From positions 23,560,001 through 23,624,000 of the forward strand of contig OZ076411.1 in the NCBI GenBank assembly GCA_964187785.1: DNA of 64,000 nucleotides, given 5' to 3'. Shown here piece by piece: positions 1-13,600 of the stretch. The number at the start of each line of letters is the position of its first letter. Position 1 is the stretch's first letter. Under the pieces are notes generated by a model. It ran no database searches. It was not told where the DNA came from and saw only the letters and a list, made by a program, of their open reading frames with translations. Origin of the DNA: Amphiscolops sp. MND2022. Its lineage: Eukaryota. A program made the position numbers and the translations under genes.

Positions 1-904
1 GTACCAGATTTTCGGAGACTCCACTTAATATGTGATACGTTTCTTCGTTTTTCATCCTTTTCTTCATTTTAGTGCATCAAACTTAACTACATCTTATTCA
101 ATTATTTGGTTCGTTGGTGCTTCAAGGTTACATGATATTGGTTGAAGCGACTCATTCGACCTTTTATTCTATATTTGAAATTGAAGGAATTTCAAGTTGT
201 TGGTATTTTAGTGAAAACATATTTGTTAATATATGGCGTGATTTAGCATTTCCTGTGCTTTTGTTTCTTTAAACTATCGTTCACGCCACATCTACGTAAA
301 TCATGTGTTCTAGCCTCCATTGTGATTCCTTGTTTGCCACACATGTATTTGTGATATTTTCTTAATTAATTTGAATGGATATTTTGATGACTACTGAGTT
401 TGATATGTAACGATTATTCGACTATTTTATATAATTAATACACAAATAATCGTTCAGTTTGGGTTATTCCATACCCACCTACATATTTGCGGCTCTTTCG
501 GCCGCTACCAATCCACTTTTCATTCACGCTTTGACATTCTAATTTCATGGTTAAATAGTTTGTTTGTTATGTAAACAATGCATTCTATCAGAACATCAGT
601 TGAAGTTGGAATAACGCCAGTGAGCGGTTGATCGTTAACTCGAGATTAAATTGTTCAGTTCTTCATAATCGAGCGCTAAAGACAGATTTCAGTCAAGTTG
701 GGACTGGAATCACCAAGATTGTCTATTTCGAAGATTTGGATAATAGAAATTTTCAGTTAAGAAATAGCTAGCTAGTGTAGTTATTTCGCCTCAGTGAAAG
801 ATACAGTCCTTTCAAAATCGAGAATCCTGCTTTATTTTGTGGAAAGCAGGACGAACCAAGGACCGGCATAAGCTTGAATCGTTTGTTGGGATTTGAGTCA
901 GCCG

Positions 905-1400
905 TTACACTACTGGACAACAAACTTCTTCCTTGCTGAACCTTTGCAACATTCAAATCCACAAAGTGTGTCGAAAATTTGACTAAAAATTGCATAAAAA
1001 CTTTGAAAAGTGAAAAAAAATTGGGTTTTTGTCATTTTCGGTGTCAATTTGAAATCTTTTTCGATTAGACAACAGCAATTATCTCTTTGGAAAAGCCTAC
1101 TGGACAGCGAATTGGTGCCATGTTGAGCGTTTTCAACATTCTAATCTACGAAGTCTATCAAAAATTTTTTACAAAAATTGCCTAAAAACGTTAAATATCG
1201 CGAAGTTTTTGGTTTTTCGTCATTTCCGGTGTCAATTTGAGATCGTTTTCATTTAGAAGACAGCAATTATCTCTCCATAACAGACTAATGGACAACAAGT
1301 TCGTGCCCTGTTGAACGTTTTCAACATTCTAATCCACGATATCTATCGAAAAATTGACAAAAAATGCAATAAAAAGTAAAAAAAATTGGAATGTTTTACA
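905..1400. repeat. Diverged tandem repeat, about three units of about 190 bp
   Basis: CTACTGGACA...TTCAACATTCTAATC recurs near 910, 1098 and 1285. Confidence 0.65.
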
Positions 1401-4400
1401 AAATTTCTCATTTTTGGGGTCAATCAAAAAATACCAGAAATCTGCACAACTACAAATCACACGAAGCTAAATTCATGTGAGTTGAATTCTATGGGTAACA
1501 CCCTTTAAGTTAAATATAAATTTGTTGCTTGGCAAATTTTGTAAAAAAACGTTTGATTTAAATATTTTCCTTTCCCATATAAAATATGGGCGGCAAATAA
1601 TAAACATTTTATACAATATTCCCTAACTAATTTGAACGATCAATATAATTCAAAATACATATCACTTTTGTTTCAATTTCCGGCAGTGATCGGAAACAAA
1701 TAGCTTCAGCTATTTCTAGAAATCTTGTATTTCCCTTAACTGAATATAGCAATGTCTCGCATCGCTGTTTCTGGTGATTTTTCGGTAATGTTCAGTGAGG
1801 AACTACAACCCTCATGTAACTTTTCGTGAGTACCGAAAGTGCTCAAAATTTAATAAGACTAGGCATTGACTTTTATTGACAAGTTATTTGCATTTTCCCT
1901 GGAATTGTCATCATTTTGAAGATACAGTTCGATTTTTGGAAACCAATTTAGCAAAAAAAATCCATGCAATGGATCAATTAAATTCATAAGTCACCCATTA
2001 ATAGCAAAAATTTTTGATAAGAGAAAATTAATTTGTTCATCACTGGTTACAACCACCATAAAGTTGAAACTATAACTGACACGAAAAGTTACATAAAAGT
2101 AATTACTCAACGGAAAATTTTCATTTTCCCAAGAAAACGGAAAATCATAAAACGTGATTATTAGAATGGAATATTTTACTTACTGAATAACATTTCTTTA
2201 AGATTTAAATCATTGTCTCCCTTGGTCAACCGCTAATTTACGAATATAAATTTCTGCGAAGCACAGCACAATAAATAAATACACCTCTTAAAAGAAAACC
2301 TACTATTCAGGGATCACAAAAAATATATGTAAGGTTCTGAATCTGCACGAGGCAGGCTGCGTTCAAATAATGATTTGAATACAATCATTGAATTGGAAAA
2401 CGATAAAAAGCTTTCAAGATTTAAAGCAAGTTAGCAAGACCGAGAATTTATTTCCAAACGAATTCGATCTTTTGTAATTTAAAATCTCACCTGGAGACGT
2501 TTAGCATAAGCTTCAGCTAACTGGCAAGCCCAATATTTCTCGGCTCAGTAACTTTGAAATAAATTATCGGCCAGATAAATTGCAAGTTCGTTTCTATAGC
2601 CACTAATGGAACTATCCTAGGAAATGGAATACATATTTTGGCATGCGAAGAGGAAAATGAAATGCCTAATTACTGCAAAGTATTTCCGTGCAATATCCGT
2701 TCAAAAATATGACCCTTGGCGCGCCATTACCGAGAAAGCATGTCTTTGAAGCTGTTACACAAAATTTTACATGCAAAGAAATGTAAAATTTCAAAGAAAT
2801 TTGCCTGCACCGTTGCACTCCGTGATCCAGCTTTAAGACGAAGATGCGATACAATTAGTTATGTTCAAACGCTAATAAGATTGACTGTATTTTTTCCGCA
2901 GAGAAAAGTTACACAGGAAAAGAAACTTACAAATTGGTACAGGCTAAAACTTCACTTTAAAAAGAACCGCGTTTTAGAAAGAAAATAAGACTTTTTATAC
3001 GGCGAAGAAATAACCTAGCTTCCGCAACGAGAACCGAACGAAAAGCGTTCACGCGAATCAACTTAAAATCTTAAAACTGGAGCTTTTCCATGTTCAAATA
3101 TAAGCTGAATGCTGTAACCACTACACCATGTATCCTTTTCAAACTTGAAAGTAGCGAAAACATACCATTGTTTAATGGTCGTTCTTGATTTCCTAATTAA
3201 CAAAAAGCAGCGATTCTCTTTCTATATTGTATATCAAAACAAGCTAGCAGAGCACCATCAAGCGAGCATAACTCATTTGAAATCTTTTCTCGTTGCATCG
3301 AACTCAGATCATTCTTCAAGGATACCGCTCGTCGACGTTACTCCAATGGGCTCCCAATTTTGAGATGAAAAACGTTTCCTTAATTTGAGCGTAATCAATC
3401 AAATGACTGTTTCTCAAGATTCTCAAATATTCGGCATCTAAAGATAGCTTTTTGAAGTTTGTCTTCTGTCGGCTAAGGGTTATTAAATAAACCCTGTCGG
3501 AACTTCAATCTGTATATTACTAAAAACATCAATGAAACGCACTGCATTCAATAAGGCTCTTCAAAAAACCTTTTCACTTGGGAACCATAACGCCATTAGC
3601 AGAGATACAACAGTGAAAGAACACAACCTTTATCTGTGAGAAATAACTTGGGACTGCATATACACTAAACTAGCATTTTACAAAGTGATCTTTTATTCTG
3701 TTTTATATATAAATTCAAGGTCCTGAAAAGACAAACAATGTTTTAATTGACAAAATTGCCTTAATTAGCAGATCTTGTTGATATCAATTTTGAGAAAGTT
3801 TTGGAAAATTGAAATTTAATCGACCCTTTTTGCCAAAAAGCTGAATTCATGCATCAAGATAAGGATTGTATTGGAATAGTTGTTAAGTATAGATTCGTAC
3901 AGAATTTCGTGATAAAAAAACAGTCAAATGTCTTCAGGGGATAAAGATTTACCTGTCAAAGCAAAACACAACTTGGAAATTAGCTGACAGGTATTACAAA
4001 ATGGCTAAACTGATGTCTCAAGCCAATTCGGAAGTAGCAATCGATAAAATATGAAAATAGAATGGTTCTTCATCATTTGCAAACCTAGAATGGTGTTTTA
4101 AAACATAGCAACTCCATTGTAAAATTCAAACCTAAAATTCTCAAAAATTATTAAAAACAAAAAATTGTCAGAAACAAAAGTAGAATTTTCCTAGTTTACA
4201 AAAATCAAAATGTAGAAGTTACAGAATGATAATTTTACGAAAAGTCAATGTTTAATTTAATTAAATCTTGACAGAAATTGCAATTTCATAGTTTTGTAAA
4301 GTTGGTTGCAGAAATTTTTCGCTAACAACAATTTTCAGAAATATAGAAAGTACTGAAACTTTCCCAAGCTGACGTTTTTGAATTTGGATTTTATTATTTT

Positions 4401-4821
4401 GGGAAATGGAGTTGCGATATTTCAGAGCACATTTCAAGTGTCTTTTCAAGTTGTAGAATATTTATTCGATTTCCGAACACCCTTGATGATTAACCCTTGC
4501 CAAATAAAGGTTTGGTATATATCTCACTACTGTAGATACCATCTAACGAAATCTTTACCGAATAGGAATTGAGTTTTCATGTTTTGTTTACTTCGAGAGA
4601 ATCATGTTAGAAACAAAAGAAGCCCGAGAATTACACAGAGTTTATTTTCCTGTCATGAGCGCTTGTAGACATGATTGAACCTCGTCGCATAAACACTCCG
4701 CTCTCGAGTATTTGAACTTCAGGGTCACCGCGTCAACGATCACAACTTCCCGATCACAGAGTACCATTAGCTGCTTTATTGGGATGATCTCCGCTTAAAA
4801 CATAGGAGCCGCAGATACTAT

Positions 4822-5279
4822 AAAATAGACCCCTGCGGGGTACAGTATTATTTCGGCTCTTAGGCTTTCATCTTCGATAATAGGTCAATATCTTAATGAT
4901 TTATATAGCGTACAATTAATCATTAAAGTTTACACCGCCTTTAATTCTTCTGGACTAAAGTAAATATAATTACTGAGCGTAGACGAAGTTTCGCATTCGC
5001 ATTTGAATGCAGGCGAAGCTCTCGGCGAACGAACAATAAACACTCGGCGTACGAAAGCATAATTACTAACATTCGATCGCTTCATATCAATGAATGCATA
5101 ATTACCACTCGCTCGTTCCATCGCACGAGGAACTAATTGTTGTCGGCAGCTTGACAAATTCAAATCTCACGCTTATACTCACTGCCGAGCAAAATATCTG
5201 AATCACGATAAAAATTTTACTGAAAAAAAGTGGAAGTCTTGAGGTTTCAATAATATTCCTGCTATCGCAGAAATAATAA
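4822..5279 (-). mobile_element. HINE-like non-autonomous element, family B, copy 1
   Basis: Similar to 12436-12897 and 60858-61370. Subterminal inverted TATTTC(T/G)GC, and ACCCCTGCGGGGT hairpin next to one end. Confidence 0.7.
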
Positions 5280-5817
5280 TGGATTTTGAGCGAGTGCAGT
5301 TTTCATGCTTCCAACTACGGAATGTTACAAAAACACAAAGTATGAGTAAGAACACAGATAGTTCCAGGTTCGCACCGGATCCCTATCATATGGAAGGTGA
5401 AATTATCCGTCTTTGCTAACAAATGGGGCGAAAAGATGTAGTAGAATTTTGAGACATGATGATTGGGTACCTAGACAGTTGAATCAGAGGAAAGCTTTCC
5501 AAACTGTTCATCGCATATTGAAACATTTCACGGATTAGAATTAGATTGGGAAAAACAATATTTACGCAAATTGAAAAACCAGTTAAATTAGTTGTTTGTC
5601 GCCAGCAAAAGTCAATGAAAAATGACGAAACACCAAGAGACGTCACTCTAGATAATGGAAAACATTCACATATTCGAACATTGCAACTGAATGAGACTGA
5701 AAGAGTATAGTCAAATGCATCACTTTGCCTTTTGAGACATTTGCATTTACTGAAAAGGTCAAACGTCATAGCGGTGGAAAGAGTCGAAGTTAAATACCAA
5801 TTCACTTTAAAAAGTAC

Positions 5818-5968
5818 CATTAGCAGAAGCATCCACACCCAGTGACGTTCCATCAGAAACGCCGTCAGACCGACAACATATTACAGCAGTGTCATTATCG
5901 AAGTCTTCTTGGGAAAGGTCATTCATTATTATGAAGATCACCGAATTCGCCAAAAACGAATCTGACAA
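5818..5968 (-). CDS. trio: Probable trio linker exon (LSDSFLANS...GVDASAN)
   Basis: gtttttag acceptor, open in phase 0, gtactt donor just before an in-frame stop. No homology support. Confidence 0.5.
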
Positions 5969-6921
5969 CTAAAAACAGCGAATTGAACGTAAAGTCGGGC
6001 ATCAGGTGTGTGGAAGGGGTTCCAAAGAAAAGATAAAAAACCCCACGAGTTCCGATTTTTTTTTCGAAAATGGGAGTCGGTTTAATATCTCAGTCAATAC
6101 AGAGGTTTCAAGACGGTGGATGCATCGATTCTTTCTGTGGTTCTTTATTTCGTGAAATTTTTATCTTTTCTTCAATTTGATCGATTCTTGAAAACGCTTG
6201 AAAAAATTCTTCCTCGTAAATGCTTTAGTTTCAAACATTGTCCAAATTACATTGACAGGCTCTTCAAGGCTTCCACTAAACGGGCGATAGCCTACTGGAG
6301 GTCTTATCTGGCTTTAAGCTAGATAAATTAACTAATTTATTATTTATTTATTGAACAAACGAAAAAATCGGGGCTCACTAATACTTTGGCAACAGCAAAA
6401 AAATTAAATAATCTATCATTCTGGCATAAATTTTGATGAAATCATATTACAAAAAAATTCGGATAGTGAATTTTCCGATTTGAAACAAATTTCTCGAATT
6501 TTCAATTTTGGGGGAGTGCCAAAAGAAGAAACTTAGGTGAAAAGGAAAAAAATCAAAAACTGTCGCAGAGTGCAGAAAAAAGCCCACACGATTTTCAAAC
6601 TGAGTGGGACTTGAACACACGTAGTTCTGCTTCCAAACTTGGAACTCCAACCCCGAGCAACTAGGCCAACTAGCAAGCACTTTCCAGCAATCCAGTAGTT
6701 TCAAGTAAAAATAAAGTGCAAAAAACTCAAAAATGAGCTCCTCGACAGTAAACAATTCTAAAGAAAGCGCTCCTCAAGAAAACAAAAAATAAATGTATCG
6801 ATATTTGAACCACATTGGCCGCCTTACAATTATATTCCAGCTAAATCAGAAATAATAAGAACAAAGCAGATATGAATTGGTTTAAGTTGAAAAAGAAACG
6901 GAAAACAATGAATGCTCTAAC

Positions 6922-7286
6922 CTTGCGATCATTGTAATGCTGACTGTACATAGCTTTAATCTGTGGCGTGTTGGTCAGTTTGGCTGTGAGGAGGGAGCGC
7001 TTAGAAACAACTGCAGGATTCCCACTACTAGTGGGTGACTGGGGAATACTATTATTGTTGGTGTGTTGTGAGGATACATAAGGTTGCGATTGATGGGGGG
7101 AGTTAGAATTAGTATTGCCACTGGACGTGTTGTGACTACTCAGTTTGCGCACAGGACTTGTGAGCCATTTCTTGATACTATTGCTACGTTTGGCCATTCC
7201 CGACATGGAGCCCCCGGCGGATGCACCCGTCCCCATCGAAACATCTACCATCCCTCCAATGGCGTCATTGGTAACATTCAGCAAGT
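6922..7286 (-). CDS. trio: trio exon with conserved [19 protein letters not shown] motif
   Basis: Matches TRIO/Kalirin [20 protein letters not shown]. ttgtttag/gttaga, phase 1 to 0. Confidence 0.88.
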
Positions 7287-7432
7287 CTAAACAACAAGCA
7301 CTAGTTTTTATGAGAAAAATCTTCTACTTTTCGACTAAAAATACTCTTTCAATGTGTAATAAATGCAAGGAAGGATTACGGAAAATCGCAACTACAAATC
7401 TCATTTTGTTCTTAGCAGTATTTGGGTCTTGG

Positions 7433-7869
7433 TTTTTAGTCGGCGCTTGATGAAGCGAACAATGACTATTATAGTGACTTTTTTCAATCCACACGAACTG
7501 ACCAAAATAGTTCTACAAAGTTCTACAGAATTTTATGGAGTCAAATTGAACTATTTGGCCTAGACAACTTTTCCGCGTAACATACGATACAAGGCGGGAC
7601 TAAAGGGCCCTTTCAGTTTTTTTCGGGATTTTGACTTTTTTTCGAAAAAAGTTTCCCCACTGGGTCCCCCTTCAATTTTTCTGATTTTTGCGAGGAAAAA
7701 TGAAAAATCCCAAAGTGACCCCCTTTTAGCGGGACTCGGCGTGCCAATTCGGCCCAATTTTAGGTTTTTCAGGTATAGTAAAAGAATACTTGATACTTTG
7801 AACTTCTTTGAAATTCTTTTGCTATTTTCGAGCCTTAGATATGACGCCGAGTTATGCCGTTCCCGGCTT
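7433..7869 (+). mobile_element. Helentron-associated HINE-like element, family A
   Basis: 5' TTTTTAGTCGGCGC, 3' GACGCCGAG...GCCGTTCCCGGCTT. Confidence 0.75.
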
Positions 7870-8356
7870 AATTTAACGCAGTGGGTAGTCAATAAATGAG
7901 CAGTTTCATTCAAGAAAAAACTTCGGAACACTCTGGGATTGCACAAAGCTCAAGTGACCTGATTTTGTTGAAAGGCTTTATTTAAACGTTTGTTGTAACG
8001 CGAAAAATTGTATTTTTCACGTTACAATTGTAAAAACAAGCCGGAACGGCCCACGTCGGTGCCCTGCTCAAGGTTAAAAAAGTTTTTGAAAGATACGGGG
8101 CCAACTATTGAAACTTTTCGATTATCACACAGTGTCAAACACATACCCAAAGGCATTACCTTGAGGCTCGAAAATGGCGTTTTCTGAACTGAAAACATCA
8201 GCAAAACGTATATTGAAAAAAAATCAAACGAAGTTCCACAGCGCCGAAGAACCCAGAAGGAGACACTTTTATAAATATGCAAAGGGACACAATTGTCAAT
8301 AATATATTACATTTACTGAGCCAAAAAAAATACCCGAATGAATCCCCATAAGACTA

Positions 8357-8720
8357 AACAAGCCGAGGAACAGCATAAGTCGGATCTCGTTTAAGGCTCA
8401 CAAATAGCAAAAGGACTTCAAATTGTGAAGTATTCTCGTCCACAGTACCCGAAAAACCCAAAGGGGGGCCCTTTGGGATTTTTAACATCCATTTAGTTGA
8501 AAAATATCACAAAAAATGAAGGGGACGCTTTAGTCGCATCCAGTTTTGCATGTTACGCTAAAAAAAGCACAACTATTATAGATCAGTTCCCTGGACCATA
8601 TGTTACAATAAGGCCCCTTAAATATTTGTAGGACTGTAGAGCTATTTTAGTAAGTTCGTTACGATTGAAAAAAAGAGCCACTATTATAGTCGCGTTTCAC
8701 TTCATGAAGCGCCAACTAAA
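8357..8720 (-). mobile_element. HINE family A copy (diverged)
   Basis: Runs from AACAAGCCGAGGAAC to TCATGAAGCGCCAACTAAA. Confidence 0.7.
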
Positions 8721-11184
8721 GACGTTTTTTTTTCACTGGAAACATCAGAAAACCCGATATTCTTCAAAAAAGTCTCATATTGCCAAAAAAGAGCTTTAGG
8801 CTCGCAAAACGCTTTTTCCAAGCCAAAAACTTCTTAATAAAAGGAGTGCCCTTTGACCGAATCGATTTTTTTTTCGAAAAAAGCCGCATAGTGCCGAAAA
8901 AACTCTCATTAGTCCTGCTTGGCTCAAAAATAACCGAAGATGTCATCCTTGAGGCTTGGAAAACCAATTTCATCAACAGAAAACCTTAAAAACCGAAAAT
9001 TGAGTCGGGAAAACTTTTTTGGTTTTAATTTCTTCTCAAAAAATGTCTTCGATAAGTCGCATAGTGCAAAAAATCTCGGTCGTTCCAAAAAAATTCAGAA
9101 AAGTCGCGTAATACCAAATACAACAAAGAGGGGGAACCCCTTGGTCTTTCCTCTACCTTTGCAAGCATAAAAACTTTTCGAACAGTGCCGAACAACGCAA
9201 AAAAGTGACACTTTGGGCTTTTCTATGATCCAGTTGGTTTGGCGACATCAAAAAATTGCGGAGAAAAGTCTCACAATGCCGAAAAAACTAGTACAACCAA
9301 ACCTTTTGTCTAGTAATGACAAAAGCTTTAAAAACTATGGTAGCCAAAAGTGGTACCCTTTGGAAGCACCCGAGATTACTTTTTTGCAAGGTAGGAAGGC
9401 CTAGAGGAATTTTGTAAGAAGTGGACCTTTCAGTGTGAGTGAGGCCTGAGTCCGGAGAAACAAATCACTGTAAGTCGGGCATTTTTTGTTTCACAAAAAA
9501 CGCCGACTAAAAACATTCTTATTCAGATTATTTTGTTCCCAAATCATTTGAATCATTATATGTATCATTTCAACAAAAACGTCTTGAATCACCAAAAAAT
9601 GATCATCAGTAGTTTGTGAAATTAAATTTGCAAAATAGGTTGAGGCGTCATTCGTGGTACATGTACCCACAGGCTACGTAATATATTCGAGATTTCACTC
9701 ATTTTCTTCATACATTGTTAGGGAACCCCTTTCTAGCAAACCCTTAGGTTCTTTAATTTAATGGTATCACAGAGAGGGAGTTGCTACTAAAAGCACGCGA
9801 GCTCGTCACAATTTCGCTCATTTTTTGGAAAGTTAAATAAAACGAAAAATGACAGTATGGTTGAAAACTTTTACAAACTGTATCATAATTCTGCTATAAA
9901 TTTCACGACTTCTGTATGTCGTCATCAAACAAAGCTAAGAACGCCGACAAAATATTTTCAAAAATCAGTTTAATTGGATTCGAAAATGAATACTAACTTC
10001 CAGGTGAAAATGTAGAAAACGGCATAAAAATGCCATTCTTGGTAACTCTGACAACTGACATTACGTGTTCAACAAAACTCATTTAGACCATCATCACTGA
10101 ATAAAAATTTCCACAAGTGAACTCGCTCTCACGTGTAATTGATCAAGATCAAAATTGCATTTCCATTTTTCGCGAGTCAGGTTCGTACGAGATGTAACCT
10201 AAAAACGTCAACTCGGGTTCTATTCTTGTGGTTATTTGGACTTTTTTCATCGTTAGATTTGAGAGCGAATAACTGAACGAAAACATGAGAAAATCATTAC
10301 GCAAAAACTCTCGTTTTTATCCGAAACTCTCTATATTGACTCAAATCCGGCCAAATTTCTCGGAACAAATATGTTCGAACTTGTTTAAAAATGGCAAACC
10401 GAATGTTTCTCTTAGTGCATCCAAACATAGGGCTGTAAGCTTTGTTACTTGGAAAAATAATCTTTGCCATGTGAAGTACAAGTGAACAGTAGTAGGAGAA
10501 TTGGGTGTCACCTTTTTCATCCTATGCAACTTCAACCTATGCAATGTCAACCGTTGCCATTTCAACCGCTAACAAATTCAACCGATTGCATTTTCAACTT
10601 TCTGCAATTTCGACCTAAACTAATTTTGGCTTGTGGATCCTAATTAGTTATGTAATAAATTTAGGTCGTTTTCATTTTCATGCATTTCCTCAATTCTAAA
10701 GTTCTAGTTTTACATCAGTTTTGATACGTTTTCGGAGAAATGATCCACGTTCTTCATTGTGAAAAATGTTTCGCACGTAAATATTCCAAAACTGGTAAGA
10801 ATTTTGGGAAAGGTTACAAACAAACGTTTCCTGGAATTTTATCTAGTTAATTCGTATTCGAGCTCATTTGAAAATACTGCAATAAAGTTGAGCAAAAAAA
10901 GAATTTAGCATAGTTATATATTAGCACAAAAAGGGGCTTGAGACTACAATTTTATCACTTCATCAGGTATAAAATTTGCTTTAATCAAGATGGTCACCAC
11001 GCGTATTAATCACAGTCCCGGATTTTCAGCAATCTAATGAGTGCAAGGCTACGAGAAAATCAACACCGTCGATAAAATTATTAACTTTCACGTGCATAAA
11101 GGCAGGGTATGAAATTCATCTGAAAGGCAAGTAAAATGAGGGCGTCAAGGTTTATGATGTGAAATAGTAGCAATTTGGCCAAAC

Positions 11185-11301
11185 AGCGCGAATATCCCAT
11201 TCGCTTTAAGCACTTCAAACACGAATTTACACAATATTTCGAAAATTAGAGCGCGAATATGCCATTCGCTTTAAGCACTTCAAACACGAATTTACACAAT
11301 A
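11185..11301. repeat. Tandem duplication, period 65 bp, two copies
   Basis: GCGCGAATAT..CATTCGCTTTAAGCACTTCAAACACGAATTTACACAAT at 11186 and 11251. Confidence 0.9.
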
Positions 11302-11614
11302 AAGATGCCTCCTAAGAAATGGATAGCTAACAACAGTTGTAAGTCGCAACGATAACTTTATGGTGTTAAATTTGAAGTATTCGCACTTTCTGAGCAAATT
11401 GCGGTGTATATTTTTGAGAATAGCGCTTTCGGCAGTAAAAGAGCGGAGTCGAATGTACAAAATTTGTTTCTGGCGTTTGCCTTGCGATCAGGAGTTTGCG
11501 AGACTTTGCTCAATAAATTTTGACCTGTGGAATTCCTGATCATTCCAAGTGATTTCAAACAAAAAATAACTGATTCTGATTTCTTCATGAAATTTCTTTG
11601 TCAAATGAATATAT

Positions 11615-12241
11615 AACAAGCCGGGAACGGCCCAAGTCGGCGCCATATCTAAGGCTCAAAAACAGCAAAAAGACTTCAAAGTGTCAAGAATTCTCTTCTA
11701 CAGTACCCGTGAGGAAAAAATTGAAAAAAATTCGAATTTTTTGAAATTTTTTTGGTCTCCGGTAAGTTGCATAGTGCCGAAAAATGTAAAAGGGGGACGG
11801 ACCCTTTGAGATTTCTTGAACATCCATTCTGTTGCAAATAATAAAAATTGATGGGGGGGATCCTTTGGAGACATTGAAAAAATATGCGAAAAAAAGTTTC
11901 ACAAAGCCGAAATAACCTGAATAAGGAATAGGGCTTTTTCTACAACTGGAGACAACAAAAGCTCTCAAAAAACTAAAAATTGAGAAAAAAAATTCCGAAT
12001 TTTTTTTCGAAGTTTCCGGTAAGTCGCACAGTGCCGAAAAATGTAAAAGGGGGGACGCTTTTTATCTCATGTTAGACGCTTTGAATGCGTTGAAAATGAA
12101 GTACTAAGTACATATGGTAAAAGTTGGTGAATGTGCATTAATTGGATTAATGCACAAAAAGTGGACGTTACGCGTTGAACTGACGAAAAAAAACTAGCCA
12201 CTGTAAGAGTCGGGATTTTCTTCGAAAACGCCGACTAAAAA
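11615..12241 (-). mobile_element. HINE family A, full-length copy
   Basis: AACAAGCCGGGAACGGCCCAAGTCGGCGCC at the left, CGCCGACTAAAAA at the right, internal GTGCCGAAAAA/AAAGGGGGAC repeats. Confidence 0.8.
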
Positions 12242-12435
12242 CTTGCAGCGCTTCGAAAGTTTTTGTTAACGAAATCTAGTGTCTGGCTTTTTAGTACCCG
12301 AAGTACAGTGTATAAAAAAAACGATTAACTTGTTGATTATTTCCTGAAACCCAATGGATTGTTACGACCAGTTACTAATGTATGACATTTTTTCAACATT
12401 TCAACAATTTTACGCTTGCGGGAGGGGGAATAAGG

Positions 12436-12897
12436 AAAATAGACCCCTGTGGAGCACAGTAATATTTCTGCTTTTAGGCTTTCATGTTTAATATTAGAAG
12501 CATATCTTACCACTTATATAGCGCACAATTAATTACTCTACCAGTTCACACCGCCTTCAATTCTTCTCGGACTAAAGAAAACATAACTACTAAGTGCAGA
12601 CGAAGTTTCGTATTCGCATTTGAATGCAGGCGAAGCTCTCGGCGAACGAATAATTAACATTCGTTCGCTTCAGTTCAATAACTCGGCATAGGAAAGCATA
12701 ATTACCACTCCCTCGTTCCATCGCACGAGAAACGAATTGTTGTCGGCAGCTTCAGAAATTTAATTCTCACGCTTACCACTCACTGCCGAACAAATTACCT
12801 GAATTTTTCAGTAGGTACTCGATATCACGACGAAAATTGTACTGAAAAAAGTTGAATTCTTGAGATATCAATAATATTCCAATTGCAGAAATAATAA
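12436..12897 (-). mobile_element. HINE-like element, family B, copy 2
   Basis: Shares CACCGCCTT(T/C)AATTCTTCT, GAATGCAGGCGAAGCTCTC and the terminal motifs with 4822-5279. Confidence 0.7.
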
Positions 12898-13207
12898 AAA
12901 GGCTCCGACTTGTTTAATTAACTTGCGATAATGCGGCACTTTAGAAAATTTCTGCGGTTACAAAAAGCTCGGAGTCAGGTCTATACGCTACAGACAATCA
13001 ATGCAGAAGCTGAATGCAAACCAAATGCTTCCAAAAGAAATAGAACAAACGGAATGAAATTCTTGCAAACCTGGATGACCGATCTTGCACAGCCCTTTAA
13101 ACGTATCATTGACACCTACTTAGATATATCACGTATAAAGGTGGTCGGGGAAACTTGTGAAATGTACTTATTTTCCGCACATATTTCATATGGAAAAGGA
13201 AAATTAA

Positions 13208-13600
13208 TCTATCAGCCACGTTTTTTTTCGAACTTCTTCATGTTTCATTTTTATACCAAAATTGAACTACCAACAAATAAGATTCGTAAAACAAGGATTC
13301 GCGGAGATAGTTGAACTTTATTGAGAGAAGTGAAAACTGAGAGGGCCAAAATGCCACAAAATTGCAAAAATATCTTTTTACTATTCTACGGAATTTTGGT
13401 ACTATTCCTGACTATTTCAGAGGTTATGAATATCCGCAGAGTTCAGCAACAAAAAAATCAGGTTTTCTCAAAAGGAATGTGCCCAAATTGAAAGGAAAGC
13501 CAACATTAGTAAAATTTTTATGCAGGTTTTGTAATGAATGATGTCGTCAAAATAATTCAGGGCTGAAATAAGCCCGGTGCGCAGCGGACATCATCTCTAG
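13208..13600 (+). mobile_element. Candidate non-autonomous canonical Helitron
   Basis: GC-rich imperfect hairpin (CCCGGTGCGCAGCGG) shortly before CTAG|T at 13597-13601. Possible A|TC start at 13208. The 5' end is a guess. Confidence 0.4.

Noticed and set aside
5416-5853. 145-aa minus-strand ORF as a gene
   Set aside because: It overlaps the probable 5818-5968 exon in another frame, and the rest has no splice or homology support.
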